DNA of 64,000 nucleotides, from the NCBI GenBank assembly GCA_046483495.1, contig JAWODC010000082.1, positions 20,482 through 84,481 of the forward strand. Reading direction: 5' to 3'. Positions 40,644-50,111 of the stretch are shown here, piece after piece. Position 1 is the first letter of the stretch, and each line of letters opens with the position of its first letter. Below the pieces are notes generated by a model. That model was not told where the DNA came from. It worked only from the letters and a program-made list of their open reading frames with translations, and searched no databases. The position numbers and the translations under genes were made by a program. Source of the DNA: Desulfobacterales bacterium (GTDB lineage: Bacteria > Desulfobacterota > Desulfobacteria > Desulfobacterales > UBA5616).

Positions 40644-42328
40644 GCGAAACGGCATCTCAAAAACCTTTTTTCAATATCGCATCCCGTCTCAAGGAGCAGG
40701 CCGTCCGCCGTCCTTACCGGCGTGCGGTGGTCGCGCCTTGCACACGGGACAGGAACGGACGTGTCGCTTACACGCATTTGACCTTTCGGCAGCTGGACGA
40801 AGAGTCCGACGTCCTGGCACACGGACTCTCTCGCATCGGCATCACCCGGGGCACCCGAACGGTTCTGATGGTCAAGCCGGGGATCGAATTTTTCGTGTTG
40901 ACCTTCGCCCTGTTCAAAACCGGCGCCGTTCCGGTCGTAGTGGACCCGGGCATGGGAATCCGCCGCATGCTGCTGTGTTTAAAGGAAAGCGTGCCCAAGG
41001 CATTTATCGGCATCCCAAAAGCCCATCTCTTGAGAATACTCTACCCAAAGTATTTTACCACCGTCCAGATCGGCGTTACCGTGGGCCGCAGATGGTTCTG
41101 GGGAGGACATGCCTATAAAAAGCTGACCGGATCGCTTGAAAAGCCCTATCACATGGCGAAAACCCGTCCAAACGACATGGCCGCCATCCTGTTTACCACG
41201 GGCAGCACCGGTCCGGCAAAAGGCGCCGTTTATACGCACGGCACGTTCGATGCGCAACTCGACACCATTCGGTCGTATTTCGAATTCGAAGATGATGAAA
41301 TCGACCTGCCGACATTCCCGCTGTTTGCCCTGTTCGATCCCGCCCTCGGGATCACCGCCGTCATTCCGGATATGGATCCCACGAAACCGGCCCGTGCAAA
41401 CCCGGGAAAAATTTATGAGGCGCTGTACAACCAGGGCGCCACCAACATGTTCGCCTCACCGGCTTTGTTGCACCGGATCGAACGGTTCGGCACACGACAT
41501 CATTTCAAACTTCCTGCCCTGCGCCGCGTAGTGTCGGCCGGAGCACCGGTTTCTCCCGCCATTCTTTCCCGGTTCACGCCGCTGCTGCACGAGACTAGTG
41601 AGATTCACACGCCCTATGGGGCGACGGAAGCGGTGCCCGTGGTCGCCATGGGCAGCAACGAGATTTTATCGGAAACCGCGGGATTGAGCCAAAAGGGGTT
41701 TGGCCTGTGCGTGGGGCGTCCAATGCCCGGTATCGACGTTGAAATCATCACCATCACCGACAAGCCGATTCAGTCCTGGTCGTACGACTTGTTGTCCGGT
41801 GATGGCGAAATCGGAGAAATCACCGTCAAAGGCGGACTCGTCTCGCAAACGTATTACAACCGCCCCAAGGCGGATGCGCTGGCAAAAATCGATGACGCCG
41901 GCTCTATTTGGCATCGGATGGGCGATCTCGGTTGGCGGGACAGCAAAGGGCGGATCTGGTTCTGCGGACGAAAAAGCCATCGGGTGATCACCGAAAACGG
42001 CACCCTGTTCACGATTCCCTGCGAAGCGGTTTTCAACAACCATCCCCATGTGTTTCGAAGCGCCCTTGTGGGCGTCGGCCGGCGCCCTATGCAAAAACCC
42101 GTCATGGTCGTTGAATTGAAAAAACATTTCGGCAAGCCATCCAGGGGGAAAGTGAGACAGGAACTGCTCGATATAGCGGGAGAAAGCATATTGACGGAAA
42201 ACATCGATACGGTTCTGTTTTACCGAAGTTTGCCCGTTGACATTCGGCACAACGCCAAAATAAACCGGGAAAAACTCGCTGTGTGGGCGGCCCGAAAGTT
42301 AAAGCAAAAGAATGGGAGGAAACGGTGA
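40640..42328 (+). CDS. oleC: OleC ANL-superfamily beta-lactone synthetase
   Basis: FNIASRL, VVDPGMG, ILFTTGSTGPAKG, DLPTFPLFALF, SAGAPV, TPYGATEAVP, WHRMGDLG, PVDIRHNAKI. ATGA overlap with oleB. Confidence 0.92.
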   Translation: MSETASQKPFFNIASRLKEQAVRRPYRRAVVAPCTRDRNGRVAYTHLTFRQLDEESDVLAHGLSRIGITRGTRTVLMVKPGIEFFVLTFALFKTGAVPVVVDPGMGIRRMLLCLKESVPKAFIGIPKAHLLRILYPKYFTTVQIGVTVGRRWFWGGHAYKKLTGSLEKPYHMAKTRPNDMAAILFTTGSTGPAKGAVYTHGTFDAQLDTIRSYFEFEDDEIDLPTFPLFALFDPALGITAVIPDMDPTKPARANPGKIYEALYNQGATNMFASPALLHRIERFGTRHHFKLPALRRVVSAGAPVSPAILSRFTPLLHETSEIHTPYGATEAVPVVAMGSNEILSETAGLSQKGFGLCVGRPMPGIDVEIITITDKPIQSWSYDLLSGDGEIGEITVKGGLVSQTYYNRPKADALAKIDDAGSIWHRMGDLGWRDSKGRIWFCGRKSHRVITENGTLFTIPCEAVFNNHPHVFRSALVGVGRRPMQKPVMVVELKKHFGKPSRGKVRQELLDIAGESILTENIDTVLFYRSLPVDIRHNAKINREKLAVWAARKLKQKNGRKR

Positions 42329-43356
42329 TGGGCCGACCGGAAACATGCCTGGTAACCGGCGGCGGCGGTTTCCTGGGAAAGGCAATTGTCAAGCAGCTGC
42401 GCCGCCGCGGTCATGCCGTGGTCAGCTTTTCCCGAGGTGATTACCCGGAGCTTGCCGCCATGGGCGCTGCGCACATGACGGGCGATCTATGTGACCGGGC
42501 GGCCGTGGAAAACGCCTGCCAAGGTGTGGATGTCGTATTTCACACTGCAGCCAAGGCAGGCGTCTGGGGCGCATATGACGGCTATTTCCGGACCAACGTG
42601 ATCGGCACGGACCATATCATCGACGCCTGCAGAAAGCATCGGGTAAGCCGCCTGATTTACACCAGTTCGGCAAGCGTCATTTACAACGGGAAAAACATGG
42701 CCGGAAACGACGAATCCCTCCCCTATCCCCGCCGGCATCTAAGCCGTTACGCCAAAACAAAAGCACTTGCCGAACAGCGCATCATCGCAGCATCCGATGA
42801 ACACCTGCGGACGCTGGTGCTCAGGCCGCACCTGATCTGGGGACCGGAGGACAGCCAACTGGTGCCGCGCATCATCGAAAGGGCGAACCGGCTCGCGGTG
42901 GTGGGACAGGGAAACAACATCGCCGACACCATTTACATCGACAATGCCGCCGAAGCACATGTCCTGGCCGCTGACAAACTGTTGGACAACCCCGGCCTGT
43001 CCGGCAGGGTTTACTTCATCAGCCAGGATGACCGGGTGCCCGTCTGGGAAATGATCAACCGGATACTGGCCGCCGCCGGCCGGCCGCCGGTCAGGCGCCG
43101 TGTACCGGCATTTGCGGCATGGATCATCGGCGGCCTGATGGAAATGATCTATGCGGCGGCACGCATCGACCGCGAACCGCCGATGACCCGCTTTGTAGCC
43201 CGGGAATTGTCCACTTCCCATTGGTATGACATCAGCGCGGCGAAGCGGGACCTGGGCTTCTTTCCTCGCATATCGACAAAAGAGGGATTGAACCGCCTTC
43301 GCGATTGGCTGCAGGATACATCCGTTACCGGTCCTCCGGCTGTGCCGTCAGGATAG
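42328..43356 (+). CDS. oleD: OleD NAD(P)-dependent 2-alkyl-3-oxoalkanoate reductase (extended SDR)
   Basis: LVTGGGGFLG, FHTAAKAGVWG, YTSS, YAKTK, LRPHLIWGP, EPPMTRF. TGATG overlap with oleC. Confidence 0.92.
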   Translation: MGRPETCLVTGGGGFLGKAIVKQLRRRGHAVVSFSRGDYPELAAMGAAHMTGDLCDRAAVENACQGVDVVFHTAAKAGVWGAYDGYFRTNVIGTDHIIDACRKHRVSRLIYTSSASVIYNGKNMAGNDESLPYPRRHLSRYAKTKALAEQRIIAASDEHLRTLVLRPHLIWGPEDSQLVPRIIERANRLAVVGQGNNIADTIYIDNAAEAHVLAADKLLDNPGLSGRVYFISQDDRVPVWEMINRILAAAGRPPVRRRVPAFAAWIIGGLMEMIYAAARIDREPPMTRFVARELSTSHWYDISAAKRDLGFFPRISTKEGLNRLRDWLQDTSVTGPPAVPSG

Positions 43357-43401
43357 CCGCGGCCGTATCGACGAACAGGCTGCAACCGCAACCCGGCGGC
43401 C

Positions 43402-44652
43402 TCAGTCCACCGTCATCGCCGCTTCAACGTTTGCATTCATTTTCCGAAGCGAAGTGCTGAAAAAAAAGAACAAAAAGGCAACGGTCATGGCCATCAGCGA
43501 TGCCGACCCTACGGCCAGCGGGGCGCCGTAAACTTCCGCCAAAGCCGCCACCGGAAAAGTCCCCAGCAGGGGAAGTGAAAAGGACATCATCAGAAAGCTC
43601 GATATCCTGCCCCGAATATGATCCGGAATGATCAACTGGATCGCCGTGTTGTTGAACGTCGCAAAAATGCTCGCAAAAATGCTGGCCATAAAAACGAATG
43701 GAAGGGCCGGCACAAAGCGCGGACTGAATGCAAACGCCAGCAGAAAACCTCCGAACAGCGTCATGCTCACCATCATCCATCCAAGCCGCCTTTTCGTATT
43801 CCCGATCGAGGCCACCCATACCGATCCGGCAACACCTCCGGCTCCGCCGAGGGCACTGAGTATGCCCAACCCTTTGGAGCCGACATCCCAGACTTTTTCC
43901 GCGAACACCACCAAAAGGTTTTGAAACGGCATGGCAAGAAACATCGGAATCAGTCCGAACAGCAACAGGATCAAGACGAGCCGGTTTTTCTGAACGTACA
44001 CGAATCCATCGATGATGCTTCTGCCCACGGATGCCCGGCCGGCATGATCGGAAACCGGAGCACCGGCCACGCGGAACATACAGAGAATGCCCACACCGAA
44101 AAGCAGCACACCCAAGAAATACGTGGTGGCAACCCCCACGGCATCGATCAAAAAGCCCGCCGCCGCAGGCCCGATAATCCGGGTGGTGTTCATCCCGGCC
44201 ATATTGATGCCGAAAGCCCGGCCCAACCCGAATTTCCCCACGATATTGACGACAATGGCCGTTCGTGCCGGCATGATAAACGGGAAAACGCATCCCATCA
44301 GAACGGCTCCGCACAACAGATGCCAGAATTGCACGAGGTCGAACAATACCAGCAGGGCGATGACAAGCTCGCTGAGCAGGACCAGTGACTGGCCGATGAT
44401 AATCAGGGTTCGCCTGTCCATCCTGTCCGAGACGACGCCCCCGAGAGGGGCGATGAAGAACATGGGCACCGCAATGGCGACCATTACCGCACCAAGCGCG
44501 AGCTCGCTTCGCGTCAGGTCGAACGCCAGCCAGGCCCGTACGACCCCCTGGCTGCCCATGGCGAAAAAGAAGGCCATGTTGCTGCCGAAAAGCCAGCGAA
44601 ACTGGGAAGATCGAAGGGGGGAAATCTCATGTGAAACAGATGGCTTCATCAA
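43402..44652 (-). CDS. MFS transporter
   Basis: About 12 hydrophobic segments; motif A GVVSDRMDRR; PDHIRGRISS. Confidence 0.9.
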   Translation of the reverse strand: MMKPSVSHEISPLRSSQFRWLFGSNMAFFFAMGSQGVVRAWLAFDLTRSELALGAVMVAIAVPMFFIAPLGGVVSDRMDRRTLIIIGQSLVLLSELVIALLVLFDLVQFWHLLCGAVLMGCVFPFIMPARTAIVVNIVGKFGLGRAFGINMAGMNTTRIIGPAAAGFLIDAVGVATTYFLGVLLFGVGILCMFRVAGAPVSDHAGRASVGRSIIDGFVYVQKNRLVLILLLFGLIPMFLAMPFQNLLVVFAEKVWDVGSKGLGILSALGGAGGVAGSVWVASIGNTKRRLGWMMVSMTLFGGFLLAFAFSPRFVPALPFVFMASIFASIFATFNNTAIQLIIPDHIRGRISSFLMMSFSLPLLGTFPVAALAEVYGAPLAVGSASLMAMTVAFLFFFFSTSLRKMNANVEAAMTVD

Positions 44653-45725
44653 TTGGGGCCCGGAGCCGATCGGATATACACATCCCGCTGAGGAAATGGT
44701 ATTTGGATGTCCTCCGTCTGAAATCGTTTATAGATCCCGGTATTCAATGCATGCATTATTCTGCCTCTGTGGACAGGCCTTTCCACCCAGCACAGCAGTT
44801 CGTGATCGAGGCTCGAATCCCCGAAAGACCGGAAACGCACCCGGGGTTCGGGAATGCTGCAGACCTCCGGCAGGTTTTTGGCAACATCCAGAAGGACCTC
44901 GTGGACTTTCTCGATATCCGAGCCGTAGGCTACACCGACTTTCACCCGGATTCGGTACTTTTCGTGGGGGCCGCCCGCTTCATTGATGATCTTCGTATTC
45001 CCCATGATGGAATTTGGAATAGTGATTTCGACATCATCCCGTGTCAGCAGCCGTGTGCTGCGTATGCCGATATCCGTCACTTCACCCCGTTCTCCGGTAT
45101 CGAGCACGATGTAGTCACCAACCTTGTAGGGAGCATCCGCTACGATGAAAATGCCGGAAAACAGGTTGGCCAAGGTGTCTTTGGCCGCAAACGAAATCGC
45201 CAACCCGATGATGCCGGCAGACGCCATCCAGGCGGTGACGTCGATTTCCCATGCCAGAAAAATAAAATAAATGGAAAGCGCTATGACGACAATCATCAGG
45301 AGATTGTTATACAGCGGCAGGGTATTCTCCTGAATCAGTGTGAACCGGCGGTTGTCCCGGCTGATCTGGCGTAAAATCAGCTTTAAAAACCGTATGGCGG
45401 CAACGGTCCACAAAAGAATCGCCACGGTTTTCAATGCACCGAACGTCAACGAATGAATCATTCCCGGAAGGGACATTCGCTCGGCCGCCAGCGCCAGCCC
45501 GAACAGCATAATGCTTGCAAAGACAGGGGTGTGAAAGATGGCCAATACCTGATCATCCAGGGTAAACCGGGTCTTTTTTACCCATTTGGATAAAATTCGG
45601 GTGATGACCACGTCCAGTATTTTGGCTGCGGCATAGAACAGAATAACGATCAGAACGGCCTGAAGATAGGGATTCGGGGCGATCCTGGCGATATGGTCCA
45701 CCCACGTGTCAATGGTCGATGTCAT
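44649..45725 (-). CDS. Small-conductance mechanosensitive channel (MscS family)
   Basis: SAGIIGLAISFAAKDTLANLFSG, PYKVGDYI, GEVTDIGIRSTR, IPNS, GVAYGSD, IPFPQRDV. Start placed at ATG 45725. Confidence 0.92.
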   Translation of the reverse strand: MTSTIDTWVDHIARIAPNPYLQAVLIVILFYAAAKILDVVITRILSKWVKKTRFTLDDQVLAIFHTPVFASIMLFGLALAAERMSLPGMIHSLTFGALKTVAILLWTVAAIRFLKLILRQISRDNRRFTLIQENTLPLYNNLLMIVVIALSIYFIFLAWEIDVTAWMASAGIIGLAISFAAKDTLANLFSGIFIVADAPYKVGDYIVLDTGERGEVTDIGIRSTRLLTRDDVEITIPNSIMGNTKIINEAGGPHEKYRIRVKVGVAYGSDIEKVHEVLLDVAKNLPEVCSIPEPRVRFRSFGDSSLDHELLCWVERPVHRGRIMHALNTGIYKRFQTEDIQIPFPQRDVYIRSAPGPN

Positions 45726-45765
45726 ATGTGTTCCTTTTATAGGTGGTCCGGCAGTATCCGGAAAT

Positions 45766-46491
45766 TCAAACGGGTTTGCGCGCCGTAAGAACGGCCGCAG
45801 GGCTCGACGCCGGGTCGAACGGATTTTTTTTGAAATCCCCGAACCGATCCACAACGGCCATGCCGGATGCGGTCAGGCCCGACACCATATCCGCCATGTA
45901 TTTCGGGTGCAGCATGTCGGACCATTCGCCGATAACGGTTTCACCTTTTTTCAAGCAGGTCTTGAATACCACCGCATCATCTTCGGCGGCTTCATAAGCC
46001 CGGTGAAAGGTCCGGCCGTCCGAGAGGTGTTTTACATCAAAATCGACGTTTTCCGTCAAGCGATATTTGTCCCAGTTGACGACCTGGACAATGAAATAGG
46101 CCCCGGTATCCAACAGCCGATAAAGTGTGCGGTAAAAATCCGTCATCATTTCGGGTTGGAGGTATGAAAGGCTGTTCCCGATGCAGTACGCGCAGGAAAA
46201 CCCCCCGTTCAACCGGTCGATTTGGGTAAACGACAGCTGATGAAATGTTCCTCGATTCCGTTGCACGGCCGTTTTAATCATCTCGGGATTGTTGTCAATG
46301 CCGACCGCCTCATAGCGGGATGCCAGCGCATCGACATAATCACCCGGCCCGCAGCCAAGATCCAGAACCCTGGTGCCGGGTTCCCCAAGATATTCGGTAA
46401 TGAAAACCAGAAAAGCGTGGTTCAACGGAAAAATTTCAAGGTAAACATCCGCAATTTCGCTGTACATAGGCGACTCCGAACGGCGGTTCAC
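45766..46491 (-). CDS. Class I SAM-dependent methyltransferase
   Basis: RVLDLGCGPG, GIDNNPEMI, YCIGNSLSYL. Confidence 0.87.
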   Translation of the reverse strand: MNRRSESPMYSEIADVYLEIFPLNHAFLVFITEYLGEPGTRVLDLGCGPGDYVDALASRYEAVGIDNNPEMIKTAVQRNRGTFHQLSFTQIDRLNGGFSCAYCIGNSLSYLQPEMMTDFYRTLYRLLDTGAYFIVQVVNWDKYRLTENVDFDVKHLSDGRTFHRAYEAAEDDAVVFKTCLKKGETVIGEWSDMLHPKYMADMVSGLTASGMAVVDRFGDFKKNPFDPASSPAAVLTARKPV

Positions 46492-46501
46492 CGGCGGGCA
46501 T

Positions 46502-47515
46502 TCAAGCGTCCCGGCGGGGTTTGATTCCCATCATAATGCCTGATTCCGCGGGACTCCGGTACGGAATGCGCTTGATATTCCCTATCCCGGCTTTTTCGAG
46601 CATGGCGGCGATTTCGTTTTCCGAGTAGGACTGCCCGCCCTGGGTCCCCAACAGCATGTTCAGGGAGAACAGAGCGGGAAACAACGGGGCGTCTCTGGAA
46701 TCGTTCAAGATAAAATCGTGGATGAGCACCATGCCGCCGGGTTCCAGCACATCAACGGCCTTTTGAATGATCCCTTGACAGTCCGCGGGGCTTTCGCCGT
46801 GCAAAATGTGAGAAAGCCACACCACATCATACCTGCCCTCGATCGGGTCGCTGTGGTAATTGCCGGACTGGAAATCGACACGATGCCGCCGGTTGAACCG
46901 TGAGATGATGTTTTCCGCAAAGGGGCGCGTCGCAGGGAGGTCATACACCGTGGCCCTGAGCCCGGGATTCTGTTTAGAAAAATGAACGGCATACGTGCCG
47001 GGGCCCCCTCCCAGGTCCAACAAGTGCTTTTTGTCGGACAAATCAAGGACCTCAACGATGTGAGGCGCCAATTCCATGGCGTTGTTGAACATTCCCATGA
47101 GAAAACTTTCAAGCCGCTCCTCATCGGTGAAGTGGATGCGGGGACGAACCGGTTTGCCTGACACGACGGCTTCATCCAGGCGGGACCACGATTCGACCAA
47201 ATGGTGATGGTGCATGATCATGTATCCCACATACCGCGGTGACGTTTTGACGAGAAAAAGGCCGGATTCCTCCGTGTTGACGAATCGATCCTCCTTTTTT
47301 TCAAGCAGGTCCATGGCACAGAGGGCGTTAAGCAGCATGGAAAGGCCGCGCGGATCGGCGCCCATTGATTCGGCAAGTTGCGACAGTGTTTTTTCTTCTT
47401 TTCCGATTGCCGTGAATACATCCAGTTTAACCGCGGCGTGCAGGGTGCACGTCATCCAGTAGGAGCCGGAAATGGTCAAAAGCCGTCCCGGGTTCAACAT
47501 GTCCGATGCCGTCAT
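46502..47515 (-). CDS. O-methyltransferase family 2 protein with dimerisation domain
   Basis: LHAAVKLDVF, LLDLGGGPG, VYDLP, WLSHILH, LEPGGMVLIHDF, LFSLNMLL. Confidence 0.9.
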   Translation of the reverse strand: MTASDMLNPGRLLTISGSYWMTCTLHAAVKLDVFTAIGKEEKTLSQLAESMGADPRGLSMLLNALCAMDLLEKKEDRFVNTEESGLFLVKTSPRYVGYMIMHHHHLVESWSRLDEAVVSGKPVRPRIHFTDEERLESFLMGMFNNAMELAPHIVEVLDLSDKKHLLDLGGGPGTYAVHFSKQNPGLRATVYDLPATRPFAENIISRFNRRHRVDFQSGNYHSDPIEGRYDVVWLSHILHGESPADCQGIIQKAVDVLEPGGMVLIHDFILNDSRDAPLFPALFSLNMLLGTQGGQSYSENEIAAMLEKAGIGNIKRIPYRSPAESGIMMGIKPRRDA

Positions 47516-47653
47516 TGCTTTTCCTCATGTGCGGCGCCCTGACCGGCGGCCGGTTCATCAATGAAGTTTACAAGCCGTTTTCGCGCAAATATCAATTATC
47601 GGAAAACAACCGATTTGTCAAAAGGACATACCGGTGGGTAATCCGCATCGCCG

Positions 47654-48577
47654 TCAAGCTTTTATTTTCGCGTAGAGCGCTTCCACATCTTCCAATCGGC
47701 ACAACTCCGAACCCGGTGTCATGACAGCCGCGGCACCGGCGGCCACCCCGTACCGGACGGCATCCATGAAGGGTCGCCCCTGCGCCAGCTTCAGCGTAAT
47801 GCCGGCCACCGTACTGTCCCCGGCGCCGACCTTGCTTTGTATCTTCACGGCGGGGGCCCTGACCCGTTCGATGCCCTCGGGCGAGGCCGCAAGCACGCCG
47901 GCCGCACCGAGAGAAATGACGACGTAGCGGCTTCGCCCTCGATCGATCAGAGATCGCGCGAACGCTTCCTGGCGGGATTCATCCTCTAAATCTTCCCCGG
48001 CCAGCGTCCTGAGTTCCGTCATATTGGGCTTAATCAGAAACAAGCCCTCCTGCACACTTTTTACAAGAGCCTCTCCGGAAGTGTCCACAATCAATTGTGC
48101 ACCGGCCTCGCTGCATTTGCGGGCCAGTTGACCGAAAAAATCATCAGGGACACCCTTGGGAAGGCTTCCGCTTGCCACGAGAAATTCGGGAGAATCCAAC
48201 TCGAAAACGCCATCGAGGCACATGCGCCACTCCTTTTCCGTCATCTCCGGGCCGGGCATGCCGAACCGGAACTGCCGCTGCGTATACTCTTCGTAAATCA
48301 TAAGGTTTTCGCGGGTAAACCCGTCTATCGGCAGCGGGTGATGATTCAGGCCTTCGGCATCGAGCAGGCTTTTGAACAAATCACCCGGAGGGCCGCCTGA
48401 GGGATAAACCGCCAGTGTTTTCCCGCCCAGACGTGCAATGGCCCTTGAAACATTGATTCCGCCGCCCCCCGGTTCGAAAACCGGCGGTCTGCATCGGATT
48501 TTGCGGTCCGCGACCACGTGGCCGACGGCGCTGCTCTTGTCGATTGCGGGATTCATCGTAAACGTGACGATCTGCAT
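47654..48577 (-). CDS. 1-phosphofructokinase-family hexose kinase (PfkB)
   Basis: TMNPAID, PGGGGINVSR, SGSLP, VDTSG, IKPN, VGAGDS. Confidence 0.92.
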   Translation of the reverse strand: MQIVTFTMNPAIDKSSAVGHVVADRKIRCRPPVFEPGGGGINVSRAIARLGGKTLAVYPSGGPPGDLFKSLLDAEGLNHHPLPIDGFTRENLMIYEEYTQRQFRFGMPGPEMTEKEWRMCLDGVFELDSPEFLVASGSLPKGVPDDFFGQLARKCSEAGAQLIVDTSGEALVKSVQEGLFLIKPNMTELRTLAGEDLEDESRQEAFARSLIDRGRSRYVVISLGAAGVLAASPEGIERVRAPAVKIQSKVGAGDSTVAGITLKLAQGRPFMDAVRYGVAAGAAAVMTPGSELCRLEDVEALYAKIKA

Positions 48578-48808
48578 GGTTTGCCTCCGGGTAAGTTTTC
48601 ATTCCGGTCTCCGTTTTCAGTCCTTGGCCCATGATAGAAAACTTCTTTCCGGATTTCCAATAGGTGAAAATATGTATTTGTAACAATTGAGGAAACGAAA
48701 TGTGGAAACAGTGGTGCAGAGGTGGGGATCGGCATCTCGTGGTTAGAAAAATGTCGGTTTCGGAGCGGGCGCTGACCCAAAGTCCCGCTCCGAAATCAGG
48801 AGAACACG

Positions 48809-50053
48809 CTAATAGAAAAGCGGTGTACCAAGCACACCGGGATCGAGGTATTCGATGTCGAAATCACAGTTGCCGCATTCGATATCCACCCTGCCGACAA
48901 CCCCTGTCCAGTAGCATGTCTTGAAATCGATGTAGGCCTGCGACGACATCCAGGGCCCCGTTTCATCGGTTGCCCTGATGTAAAGCGGTTTGTACGAACA
49001 GAACGTCCCCTTCCAGAAGGACCCCCGCTTGTCGAAAATTTCGGCATTCGTGATGTAGTATACCTTGTCCGCCATCCATACGACGCGCTTGGATTCGGGG
49101 TATCGCGGGTCCTTTGCCTTGATTTCAATCACGTAATTATCCCAGAGCTCCCAGGGGTCCTCGTCGAGAATGGGATGCGTGTAACCCTCGTAATACTCGC
49201 CCCCGTATTTACTCGACCCTTCGAAGACCTGGTGCATCAAACACAGAATGGTCTCTTCCCGCAGCAGGTCGTAAGTGAATTCGTGGATTTTTCCATCGAA
49301 TCCATAGTAGTCGTCATAGGTGGCGGCCGACCCCCGGACCGGGTTGGACCGCTCGGCGGAAACCATCCGCAGTGTTCGCCGCAGGGTTGGAATATAGGAC
49401 CACATCTCATCGGACCTTGTGGGGTCCAGGTAGCGCCAGATCAAGAAATCCATGTCCTTGTTGATGCCGTCCGGGATGTGCTGAACGAAGCCGAAGAACA
49501 GGCCGTTGGGGTTGGGCCGCGTCGGCTTCGGGTCGATCGACGTCCGGTTGGTGAAATACATGTAAAACTGCGTTCCGCTGCCGCTGGTGATCGGACCGCC
49601 CTTTCGCTGAGAATACGCCACCCAGCCGGGGCGGTAGTAATAAAACTGGTCGCTGCGCCAGCGGAAATAGAAATTCCACATCAGCTTCTCCGCCAGATTC
49701 GGCTCCTTGGGTTCCGGGAACGGCATGCCCGCCTGGTGATCCCCTACCAGGTTCCCGGCCTCGTCGATGGAAAACTTGCCGCGGTTTGCTTCCGAATATT
49801 TCATGTAGTTCGGAGGCGGACCGTATGCTTCGGTTTCCCGCACCTTGACGACCGTCGGCCGGACAAAATCGGTGCCCTTGATGAACATTTGAAGATAATT
49901 CGGGAAATATTCCTTGTAGTCATCAATATTTGTTGCATCGATCACATCCCCCGGCTTCGGTTCGACAGCTTGCAGGTGTTGGGGGATCATCCACATAGCC
50001 GACAAAACGACCGATAAAACAATCGGCAACCGAATCTTACACAATTTTTTCAT
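48809..50053 (-). CDS. DUF1329-like exported protein
   Basis: Signal peptide; VIDATNIDDYK, AGMPFPEP, LMWNF, WSYIPTLRRTLR, YDDYYGF. Downstream of a DUF1302-like gene. Confidence 0.75.
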   Translation of the reverse strand: MKKLCKIRLPIVLSVVLSAMWMIPQHLQAVEPKPGDVIDATNIDDYKEYFPNYLQMFIKGTDFVRPTVVKVRETEAYGPPPNYMKYSEANRGKFSIDEAGNLVGDHQAGMPFPEPKEPNLAEKLMWNFYFRWRSDQFYYYRPGWVAYSQRKGGPITSGSGTQFYMYFTNRTSIDPKPTRPNPNGLFFGFVQHIPDGINKDMDFLIWRYLDPTRSDEMWSYIPTLRRTLRMVSAERSNPVRGSAATYDDYYGFDGKIHEFTYDLLREETILCLMHQVFEGSSKYGGEYYEGYTHPILDEDPWELWDNYVIEIKAKDPRYPESKRVVWMADKVYYITNAEIFDKRGSFWKGTFCSYKPLYIRATDETGPWMSSQAYIDFKTCYWTGVVGRVDIECGNCDFDIEYLDPGVLGTPLFY

Positions 50054-50111
50054 AATGGACTCCTTTTTAAGACTTTGTAGTGTTCCGGACAAAAGCGCAC
50101 TCACCGGTGAA

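Noticed and set aside
45726..45854. N-terminal extension of the MscS ORF given in the ORF track
   Set aside because: Overlaps the upstream methyltransferase; ATG 45725 with AAGGA upstream is the more plausible start.
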